From the NCBI GenBank assembly GCA_964549615.1, contig CAZJVP010000006.1, positions 1-14,265 of the forward strand: a DNA stretch of 14,265 bases. Direction: 5' to 3'. The position numbers and the translations under genes were made by a program. Within the stretch, counting starts at the first letter, position 1. Each line of letters opens with the position of its first letter. Source of the DNA: an uncultured Thermococci archaeon (GTDB lineage Archaea > CAYQAE01 > CAYVLA01). This document shows, one piece after another, positions 7,717 through 14,265 of the stretch. The notes below the pieces were generated by a model. That model saw only the letters and a program-made list of their open reading frames with translations, made no database searches and was not told the DNA's origin.

Positions 7717-8550
7717 TCACACCCACCCGAGGCTTCCCTCAAGCTGGCATCTCCTCAGGCAGAGCCTGAAGACGAACCATCCCGCGGCGAAAAGGCCCAC
7801 CGACAGGCAGGACAGCTTCAGAAGCGGCGTCAGGATCTCCGGATCGGTTAGATGGTATCCGCCGAAGGCAAGCCTGACCATGTGGTACACGTAGGTGTGA
7901 GGCAGGAACCATGCGAAGCTGTACAGGGCTCCCGAGCCGTCAACCTGGTTCAAGGCACTCGGAGGATAGAAAACGCCCGAGATCATGAAGGAGAAAGACG
8001 TGAGGATCCAGGTGAGTGGATCCCAGCGCTTCGTTACCAGCTGGATGGCAGCACTGATGATCCCTAGGCCCCACATCGCCAGAATGCCCATGATCAGGAC
8101 CACCGCAAAGGTGCCCCAATTCACGGTGACCAGACGCATCCCGAACAGGAAGACCCCGGTGCCGATGAAGATGACTAAGGAGAGCAGGTGCCAGAAGTAC
8201 TCCCATGCCATCGTACCCAGAACGAAGACGGGTATTGGGCAAGGCGTGAGGATTATCCTCTCCAGTTGACCGGGGTTGGCTATCCACAGCGGGGCCTGTT
8301 GGCTGACCTGCAGGAACTGGTTGATCATCATCCCGAGCAACATGAATGTCGCAGCGTTCTGGGCACCGTACTGGATGATGTAGGGCTGTAGGGCAGGACC
8401 CGTAAGCTTGCCCAGAATGCCTGTTGTGATCGCCCATGTGAACATGCCCGCAAGCGAGAAGACGAAGTTGAGCTTGTAGCTTGAGGTGTTCACTGCGTCG
8501 CGCCTGAAGAAAGCGTACATCTGGTAGAACGGGAGAACGACCGACCTCAC
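7717..8550 (-). CDS. ABC-2 type exporter permease
   Basis: 277 aa with about 6 hydrophobic segments, GQLERIILTP and ISGVFYPP...LPHTY. GTG start overlaps the ATPase TGA (GTGA), with GGAGG at 8562-8558. Confidence 0.9.
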   Translation of the reverse strand: MRSVVLPFYQMYAFFRRDAVNTSSYKLNFVFSLAGMFTWAITTGILGKLTGPALQPYIIQYGAQNAATFMLLGMMINQFLQVSQQAPLWIANPGQLERIILTPCPIPVFVLGTMAWEYFWHLLSLVIFIGTGVFLFGMRLVTVNWGTFAVVLIMGILAMWGLGIISAAIQLVTKRWDPLTWILTSFSFMISGVFYPPSALNQVDGSGALYSFAWFLPHTYVYHMVRLAFGGYHLTDPEILTPLLKLSCLSVGLFAAGWFVFRLCLRRCQLEGSLGWV

Positions 8551-9617
8551 TTCCTATCCTCCTTCATACCCTGATTTCCCTCCGTCATCCAGATCAGCGC
8601 ATCCTCCAGGGAGACCTCCTCCATGGTTAGAGAATAGAGGCTCGCGCCGCTGGAGACGATTGCCGCGGAGATGGCTGACACCGCGTTCCTGTCCTCGATT
8701 TCGATCCTCAGCGTGTAGAGGCCCGGCCACACCTTGGACTCAGTTGAGCTTACCGCTCTGACCCCGGGCGTGTCCTCCATCGCCTGCACCATGGATTTGT
8801 CCGCCCGGTCAACCTCGGCAACCACCACGTTTGCCGTCTTGGCCATCTGCTTTATGCCGTCCGGCTTCCCAAGCGCGAGGAGCCTCCCCTTGTGCAGGAT
8901 GGCCACCCCGTCGCAGATCTTGTTGGCCTCCTCCATATTGTGCGTGGTCCAGAGCACGGTCTTCCCCATTTCGCCGCAGAGACGGTCCCTCACCATGCCC
9001 CTGAAATCCCGCGCTGACTTGACGTCCAGTCCCAGGGTCGGCTCATCCAAGAGCAGAATCGGGGGGTCTGGGAGAAGCGCCCTGGCTAGGTCCAGCTTCC
9101 TTTTCATCCCGGTCGACAGCTTCTGTTGCCACTCGTCCGCCTTTTCGGAGAGCCCGACCAGCTCCATTACCTCCTTGGCCTTCGAGTTCAGATCGCCTGC
9201 CCTCAGTCCGAAGAGCTGTCCGTAGAAGAGGAGGTTCTGTCGGCAGGACAAACGCCCGTACCACCCCATGTGGATGTCCAGGACCGTGCCCAGGGATCTT
9301 CGGGTCTCCTTCGGGTATTTGCGGATGTCGTACCCGTTGATCAGGGCGGTTCCAGAGTTGGGCCACAGGAGCGTGCACAGCGTCTTGACCAGGGTGGTCT
9401 TCCCCGCGCCGTTTGGGCCAAGCAGGCCGAAGATCTCGCCCTTCTCAACCTTGAAGCTGACTTCGTTTAGCGCGGTGAGCTTCTCCTTGGTTCTCTTCCT
9501 TAGGACGGTACGTTTGACAAGGTTGACCAGCCCAAGTTCCTTCTCCTGAAGCTGTTTCTTCACAGTGAACGTCTTGGTCAAACGGCTGAGCTCTATCGGG
9601 CAGTGGGTCTCCGCCAA
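8547..9617 (-). CDS. ABC-2 type exporter ATP-binding subunit with C-terminal extension
   Basis: Walker A GPNGAGKTT, signature LSTGMKRK, Walker B LLLDEPT, H-loop TTHNMEEA. SD GGGAGGGGG (9633-9625) supports TTG 9617, so the ORF-track extension to 9962 is unlikely. Confidence 0.92.
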   Translation of the reverse strand: MAETHCPIELSRLTKTFTVKKQLQEKELGLVNLVKRTVLRKRTKEKLTALNEVSFKVEKGEIFGLLGPNGAGKTTLVKTLCTLLWPNSGTALINGYDIRKYPKETRRSLGTVLDIHMGWYGRLSCRQNLLFYGQLFGLRAGDLNSKAKEVMELVGLSEKADEWQQKLSTGMKRKLDLARALLPDPPILLLDEPTLGLDVKSARDFRGMVRDRLCGEMGKTVLWTTHNMEEANKICDGVAILHKGRLLALGKPDGIKQMAKTANVVVAEVDRADKSMVQAMEDTPGVRAVSSTESKVWPGLYTLRIEIEDRNAVSAISAAIVSSGASLYSLTMEEVSLEDALIWMTEGNQGMKEDRK

Positions 9618-9688
9618 CAGGGATCCCCCTCCCTTGCCAACGGCAGGGTCCAGGCGCGCACAGGCAAGCGTGGGGGGCTCTGCCGGGG

Positions 9689-9696
9689 TTATTAAT
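9689..9696 (-). promoter_or_regulatory. TATA candidate for the ABC operon
   Basis: - strand ATTAATAA about 70 nt upstream of TTG 9617. Confidence 0.45.
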
Positions 9697-9787
9697 GGCT
9701 CGTGCGCTCGGGTGAGCATCGTTCCGGTCTGCCACACGCTTCGTCCCGCCGCAGCGGACAAGCCGAGAATGCCGTGCATTCGGGAGA

Positions 9788-9795
9788 TTTTTAAG
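9788..9795 (+). promoter_or_regulatory. TATA candidate for the small Cys-rich ORF
   Basis: TTTTTAAG preceded by GGGAGA, ending 24 nt before ATG 9820 (leaderless geometry). Confidence 0.55.
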
Positions 9796-9819
9796 AGCCA
9801 AGGAACTAGCCCGTCGTGG

Positions 9820-9993
9820 ATGACCGTCAAGAGGAAAACGCGTCCCAGAACGATCAGCCCCACGGAACGGAAGTTCCAGTCGATAAAGCGACGCGGATTT
9901 CCCAACTGCCAGGGGACTTTCCCGGACTGTCCGCAGGAGATAGACAGGAAGGCGCCGCCCAAGATGTGCAGGACCTGCCCTTACTTCAAGTAG
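9820..9993 (+). CDS. 57-aa basic, four-cysteine microprotein (putative metal-binding)
   Basis: MTVKRKTRPRTISPTERKFQSIKRRGFPNCQGTFPDCPQEIDRKAPPKMCRTCPYFK has the pattern C-x6-C-x12-CxxCP. It has its own TATA candidate and fills an otherwise empty gap. Confidence 0.65.
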   Translation: MTVKRKTRPRTISPTERKFQSIKRRGFPNCQGTFPDCPQEIDRKAPPKMCRTCPYFK

Positions 9994-9995
9994 AG

Positions 9996-10036
9996 GCCGG
10001 GCAAACCGGCGGCGAGCTTCAGGCCCTGCGGGGGCC
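9996..10036. other. Two short GC hairpins between convergent genes
   Basis: GCCGG-gcaaa-CCGGC (9996-10010) and GGCCCT-gcg-GGGGCC (10022-10036). No U-tract follows. Confidence 0.3.
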
Positions 10037-10077
10037 AGGACCACTCGGGCCAGCCCTGCGACGAGGAATAAGCACCG

Positions 10078-10845
10078 TTACGGATCTGCGGCCTTGCGCG
10101 TCCCAGGGCCCTTGTCCCTCCCAGAAAGAAGTCGATCGAAGAAGGCCTTCGTGTCTCGCGCAATCAGGAGGGGATCCCTCGGTCGGATCTCAAGTACCGC
10201 GGCCCCAGAGAAGTTGACCGCCTCCAAGCAGTCAAGAAGGTAGTTCCAGTCATGTAACGGGATGTCGCCCGTGCCCGGGACGTAGTGATCGGCGTCGCCG
10301 AGTTTCTCCTGAATGTGCAGATGACATATGTCCCTCTTCAGGCGGTCCAAGAACGCCTTCAGCGGATCGGGGGTGAAGTAGACGTGGCCGGTATCGAGGC
10401 AGATGCCAAGCCCTTCCAGATTGTCAACCGCGCTCGCAAGAATATGCAGAGGTCCGTTCTCGAGCGCCAGGACGATGCCGCGCTCATCCGCCATGTCCAA
10501 TATGGACTGGGCAAACTCAAAGTCGGAGCTTGTGGCGTTCAGCTTCATGTGGTCGGCGTGGACCACGATCACATCGCTCTCGGTGTCCGCGGCTGTATCG
10601 ATCTGTTGCTGGTGATGCTCGACGGTAGCCGGGCCGCAACCATGGATGCTTGAGGGCATGTCCTCGATGAGCATCTTGAGCCGCCTGCGATACAGGGGAT
10701 CGAAAAGGTTGGGCTCGTCGAACCAGGTCGGCCATATCTCCACACCGTACCCTGCGTCCCGAATCCCAGCGATCACCCTTTCCAGAGATCCCACGCCATG
10801 GTAGTGGAAGTAGTTCCAAAGGCTTATCCGGTAGTTTAGCTTCAT
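10078..10845 (-). CDS. Sugar-phosphate isomerase/epimerase family TIM-barrel protein (xylose isomerase-like/AP endonuclease 2 fold)
   Basis: Metal-ligand pattern LALEN, CLDTGH, HLH, DHYVPGTGDI and VLE. ATG 10845 preferred over 10905. Confidence 0.88.
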   Translation of the reverse strand: MKLNYRISLWNYFHYHGVGSLERVIAGIRDAGYGVEIWPTWFDEPNLFDPLYRRRLKMLIEDMPSSIHGCGPATVEHHQQQIDTAADTESDVIVVHADHMKLNATSSDFEFAQSILDMADERGIVLALENGPLHILASAVDNLEGLGICLDTGHVYFTPDPLKAFLDRLKRDICHLHIQEKLGDADHYVPGTGDIPLHDWNYLLDCLEAVNFSGAAVLEIRPRDPLLIARDTKAFFDRLLSGRDKGPGTRKAADP

Positions 10846-10953
10846 GCTCTCCGCCCGGCGCGTCCGCTTCTTTAGTGTTTCAACTAACAGCATGAGGGGG
10901 TCCAAATGAGCGTTTTAAGGCGACGTCTGCGCCGGGTTGACCGGGAACCAGTC

Positions 10954-11172
10954 ATGCCATCGTGTCTCAGGTGCGGAAAGACGCTTGCCGAAGCGGACTT
11001 GGAGACCCAGAACTGGACAGGACACTTTGAGAAAAGGTACTTTAGCTGTGGTCACTGCGGCGCCAATTGGCTCTACAGCAACTCGTACAACTGTCCGGTA
11101 CTTCTGGACCCCAAGTCCGTCAAGATGCGTCACGAAGGCTCGAGAACGAAGGGGCGAAGCTGCCGCCCGTGA
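10954..11172 (+). CDS. Small zinc-ribbon protein, 72 aa (CxxC-x24-CxxC)
   Basis: MPSCLRCGK...RYFSCGHCGANW. TATA-like TTTTAAG at 10913-10919 lies downstream of the ORF-track ATG 10906, favouring ATG 10954. Confidence 0.7.
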   Translation: MPSCLRCGKTLAEADLETQNWTGHFEKRYFSCGHCGANWLYSNSYNCPVLLDPKSVKMRHEGSRTKGRSCRP

Positions 11173-11201
11173 CCTTGTCGCCCACAGCAGTTTGGCCCGA
11201 T

Positions 11202-11897
11202 CTAACCGACCCACTCGAGGATCTCACGAAGGTCCCGGACAACCTTGATGTCGGGCATAGCTTGTCTCAGCCTCCCTGCCCGGTCGATCAGGACCCCTAT
11301 CATCCCAGCCGCGTGCGACGCCTTGGCGTCCGCCCAGGGGTCATCCCCGACCATCATGCACTCCTCGATTCTTGAGCATATCGACTCAGCCGCCACCTCG
11401 AATATCCGCGGATTGGGCTTCGAGAGGCCCACCGCGCCTGAAATGATTATCTCGTCAAAGTAGCTCACGATGCCGCTCTTGTCGAGCAACCACCTGATCC
11501 CGTGCGGCTGCGCATTCGATATGAGGCCGATCTTGCACTTCGGCCTCAGCTCTTTGAGGGTCGGCAACACGTCCTCAAACATCTCGTTGTTCACGCTGTG
11601 CGGACGAAAGCGTCCCCAGACGTAGGCGTCCACTACTTCGTCCGTCGGCTCAAGTCCAAGCTTGGGCATGATTCGCCTGCTGAACTCATGAAGGTTGATC
11701 TCCAGGCCCCTGCTTGCAAGCTCGGCATCCTCCGCCCTGAACGCCGGCTGGAATATCTGCTTGAACTCCTCAAATGATAGCTTAAGCCCTTTGTCCCGAA
11801 GGGCCGTGTAACCCGACATGAGAGTTTCGTCTTCTGGCACCTTCCTCTTCTCGTAGAACAGGGTTCCGCCGAAGTCGAAGAAAACGGCGTTGATCAT
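11202..11897 (-). CDS. HAD-superfamily hydrolase, subfamily IA
   Basis: Motif I AVFFDFGGTL, motif II ISNA, motif III KPNPRIF, motif IV VGDDPWAD. TATA-like CATATAAG (11928-11921) about 24 nt before ATG 11897. Confidence 0.92.
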   Translation of the reverse strand: MINAVFFDFGGTLFYEKRKVPEDETLMSGYTALRDKGLKLSFEEFKQIFQPAFRAEDAELASRGLEINLHEFSRRIMPKLGLEPTDEVVDAYVWGRFRPHSVNNEMFEDVLPTLKELRPKCKIGLISNAQPHGIRWLLDKSGIVSYFDEIIISGAVGLSKPNPRIFEVAAESICSRIEECMMVGDDPWADAKASHAAGMIGVLIDRAGRLRQAMPDIKVVRDLREILEWVG

Positions 11898-11920
11898 GGA
11901 GGGAATCACTGGATGGGATT

Positions 11921-11975
11921 CTTATATGTCTGCGAAGCGAACGCCCCCAGCGCCCGTGCAGCCGGGAATATTTTT
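11921..11975. promoter_or_regulatory. Back-to-back promoter candidates for the divergent HAD genes
   Basis: CATATAAG on - (11928-11921) and AATATTTTT on + (11967-11975), each 23-28 nt from the respective ATG. Confidence 0.5.
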
Positions 11976-12003
11976 CTGCTTTCCGCAAGCGGCCAGCACT
12001 CGC

Positions 12004-12699
12004 ATGGCCGAGATTGAGAACGTCTTCTTCGACATGGGCGACACGCTCGTCCACAGGCCCATCGACAGGCAGATAGGTTACGCGATGCTTCTGAGAAAGT
12101 TCGGGTACGACGTCTCCAACGATGCGTTCTTGCAGGCATACGACAAGGCGCGCACGATGGTGCCGCCAGAAACTCGGTACAAACAGAGCATGGACGAGGT
12201 GGAAACTCGCTTCATGATGAAGATCAGAGCGACCATAGTGAACCTCGGGCTCTCGCCGGTGGACGGGATCGCGGAGAGGCTAGTCACGAGCGACTTCAAC
12301 CCGATACAGCTTTTCCCCGATGTCCTGCCGATGCTACGCCAACTCAGGTCCCTCGGATTTCGCCTGGGCATCATATCGAACTGGGATCCCGCCCTCGCCA
12401 CATTCTGCAAGAAGCTCGGCATCCGGAAGTACTTCGATGCCATCATTGCCTCCAGGGCGCTGGGCCACAGGAAGCCGGAGCCAGAGATCTTCGTGTGTGC
12501 GCTTGCAGCCATAGGCGGGGAGGCCGAGGAATCCGTTCACGTTGGCGACAGCGTCGGCTCGGACGCAGTCGGGGCCATGAGCGTTGGCATGCAGCCGATC
12601 GTCATCGACAGGGAGGGGTCCTATCGAGGCCGTTTCTTCCCTGTGATTCGATCCTTCGACGAGCTGATCCCCACTCTGAGCTCTCTCCGTCGCGACTAG
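12004..12699 (+). CDS. HAD-superfamily hydrolase, subfamily IA
   Basis: Motif I NVFFDMGDTL, motif II ISNWD, motif III KPEPEIF, motif IV VGDSVGSD. ATG 12004 avoids overlap with the divergent HAD. Confidence 0.92.
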   Translation: MAEIENVFFDMGDTLVHRPIDRQIGYAMLLRKFGYDVSNDAFLQAYDKARTMVPPETRYKQSMDEVETRFMMKIRATIVNLGLSPVDGIAERLVTSDFNPIQLFPDVLPMLRQLRSLGFRLGIISNWDPALATFCKKLGIRKYFDAIIASRALGHRKPEPEIFVCALAAIGGEAEESVHVGDSVGSDAVGAMSVGMQPIVIDREGSYRGRFFPVIRSFDELIPTLSSLRRD

Positions 12700-12704
12700 C
12701 TTAG

Positions 12705-12713
12705 ATTATTATT
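12705..12713 (+). promoter_or_regulatory. TATA candidate for the AlkP-family gene
   Basis: ATTATTATT 20-29 nt before ATG 12734. Confidence 0.5.
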
Positions 12714-12733
12714 CCTGCAAAGAATGCGGCGCC

Positions 12734-14265
12734 ATGCCACCCAAAGTGCCGAGAAGGCCCAGGAGGGCCATCATAATCGGTTTGGACGCCATGTCCCCCA
12801 AGCTGGCCCTCAGGTTCGCCAAGGAGGGCATACTGCCGAACATCGCTAAGCTCATGGACAGGGGCGTATTCGCGAAGGCCCTACCCTGTTTCCCTGCTTG
12901 GACGCCCACCAATTGGACAACCATAGCCACCGGCGCCTACCCGGGCACCCACGGCGTTTTCACCTGGGGCACGCACAAACCGGGCACCGCACAAGATGAC
13001 CGTGCCGGCAGACAGACGATGTCTTCAGACATATGCGAGGCCGAGTACCTATGGGAGGCCGCGGCCCGGGCTAACAGGAGGTCCGTCTTGTTCTACTTCA
13101 TCGGCTATCCCCAGACCACCAGGATGGCCGTCCACGTGGACTGGTTCATGAACCCGGGGAGCTATTACTTCGAGCTGTGCCCCGCCGCGTGCTACACGAA
13201 CCAAGGCCCAGTCGGCGAGAAGCTCGGCTTCAAGCCCTGCAAAGGATGGCGGAACATGCCCAAGGGCATGACGAAGCCCCTCGGTTCCCGCATCCACGTC
13301 ATGCCGAAGTCCCGCGGTGCGGGACCGGAGTACGACGTCCTCCTCACTGGAGCGAAGGGAGGGTATGACCGAGTACTGATCTCGAAGGAAAAGGATTTCG
13401 ATAAGGCGGTTGTGCTCAGGGTCGGACAGTGGAGTGGTTGGCTGTATGAGGAATTCCGTCTCGGAGAGGGCGCGGTCAGGGCGCCCGTGAGGTTCAAGCT
13501 CGTCGAACTCTCGCCGGACGCAAGCAGACTGAGGCTCTACCGGTCGCAGGTCTATCCCCTCGGGGGATTCACTATCCCGCCCGGTCTTGCGGCGAAGCTC
13601 ACGAGGAGGTTTGGCCCTTACCTGAACGAGGCGGTTGGGGACGCCTTCTACCGGGGCTGGGTCGACTGGGAAACATTGGAAGAGGAGTATAGATACCAGA
13701 TAAGGTGGATCGGCGCCGCATCAAGATATCTCATTGAATCCACTGACGCCGCTCTGTACTTCAACCACTGGCACTTCCTCGACCTTCTCCAGCACCACTG
13801 CCTCGGAAAGGTCGACCCGGTGGGGGGAGAGTTCGACCCCTCCAGGGCGGCGGAAGCGTGGGACATGCTAAGAAGGGGGTATGCCCTCGCTGACGAGCTT
13901 GTCGGCGAACTTGCCAGCATGGCCGACGAGGACACCCTTGTGGTCGTAGTTTCCGACCATGGGAATTCGCCCAACAGGAAACGTGTTAGCCTCGTCAACT
14001 ACTTTCTGGAGAAGGGATGGATGCACGCCTCGCCAGGGCCGGACGGCAGACCGCGGCTGGATCGCGCGAAGTGCAAGGCGTTCATCAACTCGCTGCACAT
14101 ATACATCAACCTCAAGGGTCGGGAGCCCGAGGGAGTCGTGCCTCCGGATCAGTATGAACCGCTGCGCGACGAAATCATCAGGGCCCTGCGCGATCTTCGC
14201 GACCCAAAGGACGGTGAGCCCGCCATATTTCTTGCCGTAAAGAAGGAGCAAGCGGGGTTCATGGG
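12734..14265 (+). CDS. Alkaline phosphatase superfamily protein (nucleotide pyrophosphatase/phosphodiesterase-like, COG3379-like); 3' end runs off the window
   Basis: Not in the ORF track because there is no stop in the window; hand translation is open to the end. Motifs: IIIGLDAM, LPNIAKLM, PAWTPTNWTTIATGAYPGTHG (Thr nucleophile), DLLQH, VVSDHG, YINLKGREPEG. No signal peptide. Confidence 0.92.
   Translation, partial: MPPKVPRRPRRAIIIGLDAMSPKLALRFAKEGILPNIAKLMDRGVFAKALPCFPAWTPTNWTTIATGAYPGTHGVFTWGTHKPGTAQDDRAGRQTMSSDICEAEYLWEAAARANRRSVLFYFIGYPQTTRMAVHVDWFMNPGSYYFELCPAACYTNQGPVGEKLGFKPCKGWRNMPKGMTKPLGSRIHVMPKSRGAGPEYDVLLTGAKGGYDRVLISKEKDFDKAVVLRVGQWSGWLYEEFRLGEGAVRAPVRFKLVELSPDASRLRLYRSQVYPLGGFTIPPGLAAKLTRRFGPYLNEAVGDAFYRGWVDWETLEEEYRYQIRWIGAASRYLIESTDAALYFNHWHFLDLLQHHCLGKVDPVGGEFDPSRAAEAWDMLRRGYALADELVGELASMADEDTLVVVVSDHGNSPNRKRVSLVNYFLEKGWMHASPGPDGRPRLDRAKCKAFINSLHIYINLKGREPEGVVPPDQYEPLRDEIIRALRDLRDPKDGEPAIFLAVKKEQAGFM

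Noticed and set aside
9905-9930. - strand GGGAAAGUCCCC resembling the RNase P RNA GAGGAAAGUCC motif
   Set aside because: Imperfect match, no 3' P4 partner (AACAGAA...GGCUUA-like) seen, and it lies within the Cys4 ORF.
9618-9962. 115-aa N-terminal extension of the ABC ATPase
   Set aside because: Not domain-like. An SD plus TTG at 9617, a TATA-like box at 9689-9696 and the opposite-strand microprotein explain the region better.
12709-14251. Short ORFs listed across the last 1.5 kb
   Set aside because: All are shadows of the uninterrupted AlkP-family frame starting at 12734.

Overview
GC-rich, archaeal-looking window. It has TATA-like boxes about 25 nt before several apparently leaderless ATGs, GGAGGTGA-type Shine-Dalgarno (SD) sites and a single-OB-fold SSB; a TACK lineage such as Bathyarchaeia is my inference. 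It holds about 15 mostly unrelated genes: SSB (cut by the window start), a glycosylated coiled-coil/FN3 membrane protein, acylphosphatase, a cytoplasmic GH42-like glycoside hydrolase, an HExxH zincin, a YkvA/DUF1232 membrane protein, an Ord/amine-dehydrogenase-like enzyme followed by a non-HemL class III aminotransferase, an ABC-2 exporter pair, a 57-aa basic Cys4 microprotein, a TIM-barrel isomerase/epimerase, a 72-aa zinc ribbon, two divergent HAD hydrolases and an AlkP-superfamily phosphodiesterase (cut by the window end). I saw no CRISPR array, rRNA, tRNA or mobile element. The best leads are a roughly 250-nt, strand-specifically structured leader or ncRNA upstream of SSB, a TFS-spaced zinc ribbon lacking the catalytic DE pair, the hidden Cys4 microprotein, and the dehydrogenase-aminotransferase pair. 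All family calls come from motif recognition by eye, not database searches.
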